Part shown: one piece after another, positions 20,444-30,901 of the stretch
How positions within the stretch are numbered: position 1 is the stretch's first letter
Layout of the letters: the number at the start of each line of letters is the position of its first letter
Assembly: GCA_963771885.1 (NCBI GenBank)
Contig: CAVYVF010000002.1
Coordinates: 160,001-224,000 of the forward strand
DNA length: 64,000 nt
Direction: 5' to 3'
Source: Candidatus Bathyarchaeota archaeon
GTDB lineage: Archaea; Thermoproteota; Bathyarchaeia; TCS64
Program-made: the position numbers and the translations under genes
The notes under the pieces: generated by a model
What the model saw: the letters and a program-made list of their open reading frames with translations, nothing else
What the model was told of the DNA's origin: nothing
Database searches by the model: none

Positions 20444-21211
20444 CTATTTCTTCCTGCCACGAATTATGGCAATGACCGAGTCTATTGCTACAACAGCGGC
20501 GCCGATTATTGCCGTATACGCGACAGGGGCCAGAGCGGACTGCTTAACGTAAATTCCCACGAGTGCCCAGACAATAACTGCCGCGTATCCCAAATCCCGG
20601 CGTTTCCAAAGCACAATTCCGGTTATTAGAACTGCGACCACTATCACGCCTATTGTCCAGTTGACTGCTCCAAGTATCAGCTCAGTCTGTCCCAATGATA
20701 CAAGCGCTGCGGCTATGTTAGCGATCGTTGCTACTGTTATCCAACCTAAATAGACGCTGAAGGGAAGATGTACGAGTAACATATCATTTCTAGAAACCTT
20801 TTCGACCCCGATTCCAAGTCGAGTGTATATAGTGATAAGTGATAGAAGCAAACCGAGCATGAGTAAGACTGATGCTGCTATCATCTCGTAGTGCCAGAGT
20901 AACAACCAGCATATGTTTATGATGCAGCTAGCGATGAATAGGTACCCAATTTTTTCTTGGAAGGGCGACTCCTTCATCTTCGCTGAGAGTTGATAGGCAA
21001 CAAAGCCAAGAAGGAGCAGATAGATTACTCCCCAGATGCTGAAAACGTACCCCGCTGGGGCGATTAAAGTCGCGTATTTGTCGGATATTGCTCCTGTTTG
21101 CAGCCCGTTGATGCCTATGGCTCCCGCTATCGAGTTGACTATCACAACAACAACGTAGGCAAGTAAATTGCCGAATCTAAGAAGTTTTGAATTGGATTTC
21201 AAATGGAACAC
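20444..21211 (-). CDS. TspO/MBR-related tryptophan-rich membrane protein
   Basis: PAGYVFSIWGVIY, PFSVYLGWITVATIAN. Confidence 0.8.
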   Translation of the reverse strand: MFHLKSNSKLLRFGNLLAYVVVVIVNSIAGAIGINGLQTGAISDKYATLIAPAGYVFSIWGVIYLLLLGFVAYQLSAKMKESPFQEKIGYLFIASCIINICWLLLWHYEMIAASVLLMLGLLLSLITIYTRLGIGVEKVSRNDMLLVHLPFSVYLGWITVATIANIAAALVSLGQTELILGAVNWTIGVIVVAVLITGIVLWKRRDLGYAAVIVWALVGIYVKQSALAPVAYTAIIGAAVVAIDSVIAIIRGRKK

Positions 21212-21518
21212 TGTTTTCTCTAATAGGAATTGGGAGTTAATTGTTTTTCTCTTAGGTACGTATGGTCAACAAGAGGCGCGCGCGATGTCGAGAAGGCAGC
21301 ATATTTTCAACTCATTAGTAAAGGAATTCTAAATATTGAAAAAAAAACATCGATCCGAATAATTCCGCACAGAGTATATGTTGGCTAGCCTCGCGCCCGA
21401 TTTGAGTTATTATTGACATTTTAAATGCGCGTGTATTCTATTGTAATACGTAGACATGCGCGCATACGTCGGCTTGGAAGTGCCGCACTCTGTCTGCATA
21501 GTTATATGGTGAGAGGAT

Positions 21519-22436
21519 ATGCAAGTCAAGGACCTTCGACGCTACATCAAGATCACCGAGAAGATGGTTGTACCAGCCAAGGTCGCATCAGTGACCCAAG
21601 GTAGCAATATGCTCCGCAAGCTGCCGCTCAGACTCCAGAAATATATCGTCAACAAAGGGGCTCAAACCAACCCATACCTGAGCTTCATCGTCGAACCATA
21701 CGCTATATTCCTCTCCTTTGAGGTCACCGACACAGAGGCGGCAGAACGATTGTTGCCACCGAACTACCGCTTGCTCCCTTCAGCGATGTTCAACGATACC
21801 CCCAAGAGACCATGCGCGATCATAAGCGCCTTCAACGTCCACACAAGCGTGTTTTGGGGAAGCCGCGTCGAGTTCTACATGATCGCTGAGAACTGCAAGA
21901 CCGGGCTTCTCTCATGGATCATCACCGAGTATGAGAGCAACACACACAGCTACGACCCAAGTAAGGGTTTCATCGGCCCTAGCACATCACATTCGGTGGT
22001 TACGACGTCTTATCTCGGAGAGATCATCATTGACGTTGCGAGTGGAAAGTCTGGCAACAGCCTCACCCTCGTTGCTAGTCTGAAGAATGGTGTGCTCACA
22101 GAACTTGATAAACGCCTTTGGGTCGAGGGTAATCTCTCAGTCGACTATGGCGGTGAGTTGCAGCAAAGCACCAAGCCGTTCAGTCTAGTGTTCGATCCGA
22201 AAGAGATGGCACAAGCCCTGAAGCTTCCTCTCGACGAAATCTCACTATGCACCAACACGTTCGGCGCTGGCGCACTGAACCCAATGCCGTTTGAAGCCGC
22301 TTGCTTCCCGTACGCTCAGCACTTCGTCACCACAAGCGTCCCGAAAGCTACCTCGATGCGGACGACCGAGGACCTTGAGCGGGCTGTGAACGAGATCAAC
22401 GAAAAGATGAGCGAGCCTCCGGAGAATGTCTGCTAA
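21519..22436 (+). CDS. conserved hypothetical protein (possibly acetoacetate-decarboxylase-like fold)
   Basis: 305-aa clean ORF; fold assignment tentative. Confidence 0.6.
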   Translation: MQVKDLRRYIKITEKMVVPAKVASVTQGSNMLRKLPLRLQKYIVNKGAQTNPYLSFIVEPYAIFLSFEVTDTEAAERLLPPNYRLLPSAMFNDTPKRPCAIISAFNVHTSVFWGSRVEFYMIAENCKTGLLSWIITEYESNTHSYDPSKGFIGPSTSHSVVTTSYLGEIIIDVASGKSGNSLTLVASLKNGVLTELDKRLWVEGNLSVDYGGELQQSTKPFSLVFDPKEMAQALKLPLDEISLCTNTFGAGALNPMPFEAACFPYAQHFVTTSVPKATSMRTTEDLERAVNEINEKMSEPPENVC

Positions 22437-22521
22437 TGATGTGCACGCGAGTCCTACCCCCTACCCTATAGCGCATGCGAGCAATTCGCGTAAACTCTAA
22501 ATTGTCCTCCTCTGAGAAACA

Positions 22522-23565
22522 ATGATCCAGTTGACCGGAGAAAAATCCTCAAGCGGGTACTCAGCAGCCAAGGCTTGGGTTATCGCAGTAGTTTTCGCTT
22601 TCATCTTTCCATTACTGATCTGGTACCTTTCACCTGGGTTAGCAAGATTCACCTCGATCCTACTTCCGGACCAGGGTGCAGACTGGTACTACTGGAAACT
22701 CCCCGCGAGAGATACCTTCACCATGGCAGTCGTCTGGGGGTTCTACCTCGCGCACCAAGTAAGTGTCTGGGGCTTGATCTGGTGGGCTCAACGAAACCTC
22801 CTCGAAAAAAACCAGTTAAGTAAAAACTTATCAAAATTCAATTTCGCGATGCTGGCTGTGAACATACTTTTTGTGGCATCACATCTTGTTGAAAGCCAGT
22901 ATCTATTCGATGGACTCGCACAAGATGTTCCGATCATGACTAGTCAGGGCTCCGTGATAGTCATGCTAGCGATTGTCCTCATCCTTGAGAACCCTCGCCG
23001 GGGGCTCCTCCTAGGTAGAAAGGCAGGAAAGCCCTTCACCGCTAGCGTAGTTGCTTGGTTCCGGAAGAGTCACCAATACCTCTTTGCATGGGCACTCGTC
23101 TACACTTTTTGGTTTCACCCCATGGCAGGGGATCCTCAACTCCTGACTGGGTTCCTATACATGATGCTGCTCTTCACACAAGTGAGCCTAGCGTACACCT
23201 GGATCCACCTTGATAAGAGGTGGGTTGTCTTCCTTGAAGGCTTCGTAGGTCTCCACGCGTTATTCGTCGCGGTCTACAACACGTTGCAGCATGGAAGCCT
23301 TGATATGTGGCCAATGTTCTTCGCTGGCTTCGCTGCGATGTTCGTCTTCACCGGACTGTATGCGTTCAAAGCAGAGAAGAGAGTTTACGGGGTGGTCACC
23401 GGTGCTTGGCTTCTTTTGTTAACGTGGATCTATGCACCGGCTCCTTATGGATATGCTAGACAGCTATCCGGGTTGATTAGGTTTGAACCATTCTGGATAC
23501 CTATAATACTCTATCTACTAGCAATAGTATTCGCCGGGGCAGCTTACCTGAAGATAAGGAAGTAG
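22522..23565 (+). CDS. polytopic membrane protein of unknown function
   Basis: ~9 TM segments with His/Trp-rich motifs (WYYWKL, HLVESQYLFDGLAQD, YTFWFHP). Confidence 0.7.
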   Translation: MIQLTGEKSSSGYSAAKAWVIAVVFAFIFPLLIWYLSPGLARFTSILLPDQGADWYYWKLPARDTFTMAVVWGFYLAHQVSVWGLIWWAQRNLLEKNQLSKNLSKFNFAMLAVNILFVASHLVESQYLFDGLAQDVPIMTSQGSVIVMLAIVLILENPRRGLLLGRKAGKPFTASVVAWFRKSHQYLFAWALVYTFWFHPMAGDPQLLTGFLYMMLLFTQVSLAYTWIHLDKRWVVFLEGFVGLHALFVAVYNTLQHGSLDMWPMFFAGFAAMFVFTGLYAFKAEKRVYGVVTGAWLLLLTWIYAPAPYGYARQLSGLIRFEPFWIPIILYLLAIVFAGAAYLKIRK

Positions 23566-23653
23566 AGTAGCCAGACGCACAAGGGAAACGCGTTTAAATA
23601 CCTGTGAAGTAAAAAGGAGGTCACAGTGGTTTTTTAAAAGTGCCGTAGGAGAC

Positions 23654-24412
23654 GTGATGACCTTTATTGACATATTTATTATTTTAATCGCGTTCTTAAC
23701 GGCAGTTATTGACATAATATTTGGTATGGGCTTCGGATTAACTTTAACACCGATACTATTATTCTTTAACTATACTCCTAAAGAAATTGTACCCGCACTC
23801 CTACTTAGCAGTCTAGGAGGCAACATTTTCAGCAGCTTCTTCAATCATAGATTCAAAAACGCTGATTTTACACCGGGTGGTCATCACTTCAAAATCGTCA
23901 TGGCGATTGGAGGGGTTGGCGTTGTGGGCAGTATAATTGGGGCAATGGTAAACACTGGAATATCAAACTTCACTCTAACCCTCTATATTGGCATCTTGAT
24001 AATAGGAACCGGATTCTTCTTACTACTGAATAAGACTCTTAGCATCAAATTCAGTTGGATTAAAATAGGCTTACTTGGCCTCTTCGGCAGCTTCAACAAA
24101 GGCATTAGCGGAAGCGGTTTCGGACCAATCGTGACTACCGGGTTGCTATACATGAATACTACGGAGAAGGAGGCAGTCTCCATTCAAAGCTTCTCTGAGC
24201 TATTCGTGAGCCTCGTTGGATTTGCAGCGTTTCTCGCATCGGGTACAACTATGAACTGGAACCTAACTTGGTCACTATTAATTGGCGTCATAGCTTCAAC
24301 TCCCTTGGCTGCCTTCATAGTGAAAAAGGTAAAGGGAGGTACACTACGTACCGCTATCGCAGTTGTGACTGTAATACTTGGAACGGCAACGCTTCTTCAA
24401 CTTTTCATTTAA
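23654..24412 (+). CDS. TauE/SafE (TSUP) sulfite exporter family
   Basis: GMGFGLTLTP, GISGSGFGP; ~8 TM segments. Confidence 0.8.
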   Translation: MMTFIDIFIILIAFLTAVIDIIFGMGFGLTLTPILLFFNYTPKEIVPALLLSSLGGNIFSSFFNHRFKNADFTPGGHHFKIVMAIGGVGVVGSIIGAMVNTGISNFTLTLYIGILIIGTGFFLLLNKTLSIKFSWIKIGLLGLFGSFNKGISGSGFGPIVTTGLLYMNTTEKEAVSIQSFSELFVSLVGFAAFLASGTTMNWNLTWSLLIGVIASTPLAAFIVKKVKGGTLRTAIAVVTVILGTATLLQLFI

Positions 24413-24429
24413 TGCGTTATTAGTCTGCT

Positions 24430-25488
24430 TCATTGAAATTGCAGGAATTTCTTTGGGTTATCAATGAGGAGTGAGTGTATCTCTTCTTCTGTGATCCCGT
24501 TCAATCGCATTAATGGAATTGTGGTTAATTGTATATGGCTATAACCGAAGCCACCGAATCTTTGTAGATCTGTTTTATGGAAGATATCGTGTGAAATAAG
24601 TAGCCTATCTAGATACCCATGATCTATCATCTTCCTTATACATGTGATACGCTGCCAATCGCTCAAAGCGTAGAATGTTTTCTCAGGGAGAATGATTGGA
24701 TTAGTATAGCTACCGAAGCTATCATACTCGATATAACACCCAGTCTTAGCGAGTTCTATGGTGAGTTCGACGTCCATTCCATGTCTGTTGCATATATGGC
24801 TTACAGCAGTATGGTGAATATCCCCGCCGAAGGAATTATACAATTCAATTATCTCCAAAGGTGAAGACTGGCTTCTTCCGGGGTGGATATTTACCGGTAC
24901 CCCGGTGGCATATTGGGTTTCTGCGACGGCTTGTAACACCTTAATCTCGTTGTCTTGTAATGGGTATGAGCAGCCTATCTCCCCTAATATTCCCGCCTTA
25001 ATCCCTGTTTTCCCAACCCCTACTAGTATATCATGCTCCATTTCCTCAGATAGCTCACTTACGCTTCGTTTAGAAAGGTCTGAGGGGTGGCTTGCCCCAA
25101 CATAATACCCGGACCCCATTATTATGTGAACGTTTGTTGTCTTAGAGATGTGGCTTAATCCAATTGGGTTGCGATGTAGTCCATTGTTTCCCATATCCAC
25201 AATCGCGTTGCCTCCGGCATTCTTGAATAGACGTAACTCATCCATTGCTACATCTTCTTCTAGTTGCTTCAAATTGTCAACACTGGCATGCTCATGTCTT
25301 TTTAACCAGTCAAGATTCTCCATTTTTACAGGTTCTAGCCCACGCGCACTCTCATCAGATTCTTGATACATATAGCTGGCATCCCATAGCAAATGCTCAT
25401 GGGATAGCGTTACGCCCAATAGGTCTGGATTAATAGGTCCAGATACACTTTGTATACTACCTGAAAATCCATGCCTTGGCATCATCAT
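24430..25488 (-). CDS. phosphotriesterase-family metallohydrolase
   Basis: LGVTLSHEHL, GEIG, VNIHPG, SH, LLISHD, DNPKKFL. Confidence 0.88.
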   Translation of the reverse strand: MMMPRHGFSGSIQSVSGPINPDLLGVTLSHEHLLWDASYMYQESDESARGLEPVKMENLDWLKRHEHASVDNLKQLEEDVAMDELRLFKNAGGNAIVDMGNNGLHRNPIGLSHISKTTNVHIIMGSGYYVGASHPSDLSKRSVSELSEEMEHDILVGVGKTGIKAGILGEIGCSYPLQDNEIKVLQAVAETQYATGVPVNIHPGRSQSSPLEIIELYNSFGGDIHHTAVSHICNRHGMDVELTIELAKTGCYIEYDSFGSYTNPIILPEKTFYALSDWQRITCIRKMIDHGYLDRLLISHDIFHKTDLQRFGGFGYSHIQLTTIPLMRLNGITEEEIHSLLIDNPKKFLQFQ

Positions 25489-25585
25489 ATAATGTATTGC
25501 ATTATTATAAAACACGTATCGCACGCGCGAAATTTGAGTTAATTTATTAAATTGCCAATCAATTAATATCGATAGGTGTTCTGTT

Positions 25586-26410
25586 ATGGATAATGATTTA
25601 AGGAGAGAACTCATAGCAAAATCCCCAATAACCATAAATGGGCTAAGAAAACTCAACATCGGTGCCGGTATTCTTCATCTAGTTCAGGGAATAATAATGC
25701 TGGGTTTAGGATTATCAATAACCTGGAATAGAGAAATCTACACATTCTACATTAAATTTAAGATATTATCATTAAACCCACCAAATTTCCAGGTGTTGCC
25801 CGACCCGAAAGTAGCCTTGAATCTAGAATATCTAGGAGTTATCCTATCCTCCTTTCTACTAATATCTGCTGCAGCTCACTTCATAATAGCCTTCCTCAGA
25901 ATTAAAAATTATGAGGAGAATTTAAAGAAGGGAATGAATCCATACAGATGGTATGAATATGCAATATCTAGTTCCATTATGCTGACGTTCCTCTCTACAT
26001 TCGTAGGCGTCTGGGATTTATGGTCTCTAGTGATGATTTTTGTCTTAAACACTATGATGATAATGTTTGGTTATCTTATGGAGAAGATCAATCAGTATAC
26101 TAAGAAGACGGATTGGTCTCCCTATCTACTTGGTTGCATCTCAGGGTTCACGCCTTGGCTAGTCACCGCTGCTTACTTTATTGCTGCACTAGGTTCAACT
26201 GATACTCGACCACCTACTTTCGTCTACCTAACACTGGTAATTTACTTCATAATGTTCAATACTTTCTCAATAAATATGATTCTTCAATACAAGGGAATTA
26301 GTAGATGGAAGGATTACTTATTTGGCGAAAGAGTATACATCATACTCAGCCTTGTTGCAAAGACAATACTTGCATGGCTGGTTTTCATAGGCATTTATGC
26401 GCCATTCTAA
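25586..26410 (+). CDS. heliorhodopsin
   Basis: ILHLVQG, SAAAHF, NPYRWYEYAISSS, GERVYIILSLVAK (Schiff-base Lys in the SLxAK motif). Confidence 0.92.
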   Translation: MDNDLRRELIAKSPITINGLRKLNIGAGILHLVQGIIMLGLGLSITWNREIYTFYIKFKILSLNPPNFQVLPDPKVALNLEYLGVILSSFLLISAAAHFIIAFLRIKNYEENLKKGMNPYRWYEYAISSSIMLTFLSTFVGVWDLWSLVMIFVLNTMMIMFGYLMEKINQYTKKTDWSPYLLGCISGFTPWLVTAAYFIAALGSTDTRPPTFVYLTLVIYFIMFNTFSINMILQYKGISRWKDYLFGERVYIILSLVAKTILAWLVFIGIYAPF

Positions 26411-26597
26411 ATTGATTATATGGTGTAACCTGTGAACTAATTATTAATTAAGACTTTTTCATTATTAAATGAGTATATTATGACTGATTTACTTTTACTT
26501 TTCAAACCGAACACTAACGTAAACTGCTGAGCTTTTAGTAAGCGTATATTCGCGTGCATTCCTGATTTATAAAAACGCGTGCGGTAAGGTGGCTGAT

Positions 26598-26888
26598 TTA
26601 TTGCACTGCTTCTACTGATTCGCTTCTCTTGTATGTGTTATTGAGATCCCTGTTCAAATCTTTCAGAAGTATGCTGACAGCGCTGTCTGAAGAGTGGGGG
26701 TTGTTGTCTCCCCATGCCTTAATCTTTGTGTATGGCGGGGGCACTTCGATAAGTAGGCACATAACGCCTCCTATGCCTCTATTGCAGTACTTGCTTGCTA
26801 GGAGGGTTCCTTCATTTTTTTCTATATGGTATTCGTTGGATGTGAGTACTTGGAGGGCTCTTTTACGGTTTTCTTCGAGGTATCCCAT
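26598..26888 (-). CDS. hypothetical protein
   Basis: 96-aa ORF, ATG preceded by GAGG. Confidence 0.45.
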   Translation of the reverse strand: MGYLEENRKRALQVLTSNEYHIEKNEGTLLASKYCNRGIGGVMCLLIEVPPPYTKIKAWGDNNPHSSDSAVSILLKDLNRDLNNTYKRSESVEAVQ

Positions 26889-27008
26889 CCTCTAATTCGC
26901 TTGATTTCAATTTAACTGCATTATGGATTACAAATTAGATTATATTCATCGGTTTTTACATGTCTTGTTTAATGCATATTCTACCTGCATGCGAATGTCA
27001 AAAAGCAC

Positions 27009-28136
27009 TTAAGTCTTAACTTTATATTTTTCATAAAGTCTCTTCAGTCCAGACTCAAGCTCCTTCTGACGGCCCTCCTGATCAAATGGTCCAAGCTCCT
27101 TACAGTCATACCCGACAACCTCCTTCATGTACTCAACGTTCTCATCACAGAACACAACGGTTCCATCAGACTTCACATCCTCGATCCCATCAATTCTACC
27201 CCCCGCCTCATTCACACTAATCGCCTCATCGAGACTAATGCCGGGAAGGACCAACTCGGCACCTTTTTCACTCAACTTACACGGGTAAGCACCCGGGAGA
27301 CCATTAGGCCCAGCAACACTGGCACAAACCTCACCAGTGTTATAATAGATGGCGAGACAATGCTTCAGGAAGCTGCTACTCGTCCTGAACTGATCGACGA
27401 GTGCGCTCGAGTACTGGATTGATTTACCGTACCCGAAGTCTTGGTACAACTCTACAAGCCTTTTATGTGGGTATTTGTCTGTGACGTCATTTCCGTCGGC
27501 TATGATCTTGTACCACATAGGTCCATCCATCCTAACTGTATAGTAGGTTCCATGGTGTCCCACACCGTAAACGAAGACATTCCTGAACGGTATCTTCAAG
27601 TCCCTTGCGACGATACGACGTACCCTACTTATGCCGAGATCCATGTTACCCCCACCGCATGTCGGAGCCATGCCAAGTTTTGAGAGGATAACGTTTGTGA
27701 GGTCGGGGAAGGCTCCGTTTACAACTTTTGTGTTGATCTTGGACTTCTTTACTGCCTGCATCAGCTTGTAGGCGAGTGTGAAGTGGTTTGGTATCCAGGG
27801 TCCTACGGGTCCAATTTTGTGGTAAATATCATCTGGTAGGAGTCTGGTTACCCACCAGCTGCCTAGGCTTCCTAGGTTGCAGATTACTTTTGGTTTAATC
27901 TCATCTAGTGCCTCAGCGGTGCCGTCGATGTCGAATAGGTTTATTTTTCGGAAGCTCAGGTCTGGGTAGTTGCCGAAGTTGTGGGCGGAGTGGAGGGCTT
28001 CCTCTATCTCGTATATTCCTTTCTCTTCGTTAACATCTGCGCCTATAACCTTGATGTCACTTCGCATTGATGCGATTTGGTACATCATGTCGTGTCCTAC
28101 GCTGCCGGCGGATCCTATAATCAGTAAAGAGTCCAT
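27009..28136 (-). CDS. NAD(P)-binding Rossmann-fold oxidoreductase, function unknown
   Basis: IIGSAGSVG N-terminus; NGAFPD and GPNGLPGAYP. Confidence 0.65.
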   Translation of the reverse strand: MDSLLIIGSAGSVGHDMMYQIASMRSDIKVIGADVNEEKGIYEIEEALHSAHNFGNYPDLSFRKINLFDIDGTAEALDEIKPKVICNLGSLGSWWVTRLLPDDIYHKIGPVGPWIPNHFTLAYKLMQAVKKSKINTKVVNGAFPDLTNVILSKLGMAPTCGGGNMDLGISRVRRIVARDLKIPFRNVFVYGVGHHGTYYTVRMDGPMWYKIIADGNDVTDKYPHKRLVELYQDFGYGKSIQYSSALVDQFRTSSSFLKHCLAIYYNTGEVCASVAGPNGLPGAYPCKLSEKGAELVLPGISLDEAISVNEAGGRIDGIEDVKSDGTVVFCDENVEYMKEVVGYDCKELGPFDQEGRQKELESGLKRLYEKYKVKT

Positions 28137-28561
28137 AGAGAAAAAATCTTATTAATTAGTATTTAAGATGCGTTTCTCAGCGCGTGCTAGTCTGTAGCTA
28201 AACGGCGCGCGCAGAAATGCTACAGCTAAAAATGCCTTGGTACATATTGCGCGCATAGGGCACGCGCTCTGTGGAAAATTAACTTACATTTACTTTATCA
28301 TTTCATAGTTTGTCCGCAGCAGACTAGTTGTCCAGCCCCCGATTCGAGAACTTGAACTTTGTTTCCACATACCTCACAGTAGGTAGATTTCCTTGACTTT
28401 AGTCATGTTGACCAAACTAACATTGAGGTATCTCTATTTAGCTTTGTTTAATAGTCGAATTAATGCTTTCAACGCCTACGCGCGTAATACTGTCCAAGTT
28501 TAATTCATGTCAGTGCGCATCCTTGAGATACATTAAAAAGCCAGAATATTTTAATCAAATA

Positions 28562-29929
28562 ATGTTATTCCGAATAATAAAATCTGAGATTGTATCTCAC
28601 CTAAGCTACATAGTAGCCTCAAAGGGAGAAGCTTTCGTTGTGGATCCTAGACGGGACAATGAAATCTATGTCGAAGTAGCTCAGGAATGGGGCGTCAAGA
28701 TAAAAGACATCTTCGAAACACATAGAAACGAGGACTATGTAATCGGGTCAATCGATTTATCCAAAAAAACAAACGCCAAAATTCATCACGGTCCGGGGCT
28801 TGACTGGAAATACGGCGAAACACTTCAAGACGGTGAGACATTTAAAATCGGTCAGTTAAGAGTAGTCGCTTTACACACTCCCGGTCACTCCCCCGATAGC
28901 ACATGCTATGCATTATATGATATCGAGAGTGGAAATGTACCAATCCTAGTATTCACAGGCGACACTCTCTTCATTGGGGATGTGGGTCGAACAGATTTCC
29001 TAGGACCAGAAAACACGGCGATGATGTCGGGAAAACTCTATGACGGCATACATGACAAACTCATACCACTCGGAGATGGGGTAGTCGTGTTACCTGCCCA
29101 TGGATTCGGGTCGGTCTGTGGCGGTAACATTAGTGAACGAGAGATCAGCACAATCGGCGCAGAAAGACTAACAAATCCAATGCTTCAGCAATCAAGGAGC
29201 GAATTCATAAAGAAAAAAGTCGCCGAGCTTCATGAAACCTCGCCTTACTTCAAGGTAATGGAGAAATACAATCTTGAAGGCCCACCGACGACATCGCACC
29301 TACCTATCCCCCCTGCACTCAAACCCGCCGAGTTCAAAGCTGCTATCGCCAAAGGAATACCAATCATCGATACGAGGGCACCGCCTGCTTTCGGGGGAGC
29401 ACACATCCAAGGTTCCTACAGCTTACCCCCTTCGAGATTATCTAACGCCGGTTGGGTCATCCCCGTCGAAAAAGAGTTGCTTCTCGTTGTCGATGACTCT
29501 GAAGCCCTAGATTTCGCTATCAGGAACCTATACCGTATGGGATACAACTCTTTTACCGGTTACTTGTCAGGTGGCTTAGAATCATGGTACAAGGAAGGTT
29601 TCCCCTTATCAAAAGTCGAGCTAATAACATCCCAGCAGCTGAAAACGATGCTTGACTCAGGAGCACCTCCAGTTATCTTGGATGTCAGAAGATACAATGA
29701 ATGGGATGAGGGGCACCTTAAGGATGCTATACACATCTACCTTGGAAGGTTACCGGAGAGATTAGGTGAATTACCTGAAGAGAAGACCATTGTAGTCATG
29801 TGTAAGACTGGGACACGTTCCAGTTTTGCTGCGAGTATACTCCTTAGAGCGGGTAGAACGAAAATCTACAACCTTCTTGGAGGAGTTGACTCTTGGAAGA
29901 AACTCGGCTATCCCCTGGTTAAAGATTGA
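28562..29929 (+). CDS. MBL-fold metallo-hydrolase with two rhodanese domains
   Basis: ETHRNEDY, TPGHS, GDTLF, PAHG; rhodanese IDTR/LDVR and CKTGTRS. Confidence 0.9.
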   Translation: MLFRIIKSEIVSHLSYIVASKGEAFVVDPRRDNEIYVEVAQEWGVKIKDIFETHRNEDYVIGSIDLSKKTNAKIHHGPGLDWKYGETLQDGETFKIGQLRVVALHTPGHSPDSTCYALYDIESGNVPILVFTGDTLFIGDVGRTDFLGPENTAMMSGKLYDGIHDKLIPLGDGVVVLPAHGFGSVCGGNISEREISTIGAERLTNPMLQQSRSEFIKKKVAELHETSPYFKVMEKYNLEGPPTTSHLPIPPALKPAEFKAAIAKGIPIIDTRAPPAFGGAHIQGSYSLPPSRLSNAGWVIPVEKELLLVVDDSEALDFAIRNLYRMGYNSFTGYLSGGLESWYKEGFPLSKVELITSQQLKTMLDSGAPPVILDVRRYNEWDEGHLKDAIHIYLGRLPERLGELPEEKTIVVMCKTGTRSSFAASILLRAGRTKIYNLLGGVDSWKKLGYPLVKD

Positions 29930-29964
29930 TCGAGTTTTTATGATATTGATAATAGAATCTAGCT

Positions 29965-30424
29965 ATGTTTCCACTCGGCATCGAACCCTACCTAGTAGGT
30001 GGGTTAATCGTTGGAACCGGGGTCAGCCTTATCTACATATTTACCGGGTTGCACGCTACACAGAGCAGCTTCTTCACAACAACCCTCTCATGGTTCACAA
30101 AACTAGCGCACTTTCAAGAGAAAGAGAAATCTAGAGGAACGTGACTGGCGGGTCGCGTTAGCGCTGGGTGTAGTAAGTGGAGCTCTAATCTATACGTTTA
30201 CCTTATCTCCATCAGGCCTATGGGTGACAAATGTCGAATTGTGGAGGCTTGCCCTAGGTGGACTACTTATTGGTTTTGGTACGCGACTCTCAAATGGTTG
30301 CACTTCTGGGCATGGCATTAGTGGTCTCGCTTCGCTTTCAACGACCTCACTATACGCCGTTCTAACCTTCATGGGATTCGGCATCATAACTGCTCACCTA
30401 CTTGAGCTATTGGGGGTCGTGTGA
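29965..30424 (+). CDS. YeeE/YedE sulfur transporter subunit (frameshifted near 30120)
   Basis: MFPLGIEPYLVGG... continues in another frame as DWRVALALG...GCTSGHGISG. Confidence 0.75.
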
Positions 30425-30831
30425 TGAACTCGAGAAACATCGTAACTTACTTGGGCGGCATTTTATTCGGCTTCGGCCTCGCTTATAGCGGCATGACAAA
30501 GCAGGAGATCGTCTTAAGCTTCCTTAGACTAGATGATCTAGGCCTCATCTTCGTAATGGGTGGCGCAGCAGTGGTCACGTTCCTAACTATCAACGTCGCG
30601 CCGAGGTTCATGCAGAAGCCGGTGTTGGGCGGGGTTTTCAAGCCCAGAATCAGTGTTTTAACGAGAAATACTTTGATCGGTGCAGCTATTTTTGGCGTGG
30701 GGTGGGGAATATCTGGTCAATGCCCCGGCTCAGCTGCGGCTAGTTTAGGAACTGGTAATTGGCCTGTAATAGTAGGCATCTCTTTCATGTTTGTAGGCGC
30801 TTACCTCAGAGGCAGATTCGTTAAAAATTAA
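30421..30831 (+). CDS. YeeE/YedE family protein
   Basis: GILFGFGLAYSGM, FGVGWGISGQCPG. Confidence 0.85.
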   Translation: MMNSRNIVTYLGGILFGFGLAYSGMTKQEIVLSFLRLDDLGLIFVMGGAAVVTFLTINVAPRFMQKPVLGGVFKPRISVLTRNTLIGAAIFGVGWGISGQCPGSAAASLGTGNWPVIVGISFMFVGAYLRGRFVKN

Positions 30832-30901
30832 GCTAACAATTAGCGCGCGCGACGCAGCAATCAATTCGTAAAAACTAAATTGCCTGAGAAAGGCTGACCT
30901 A

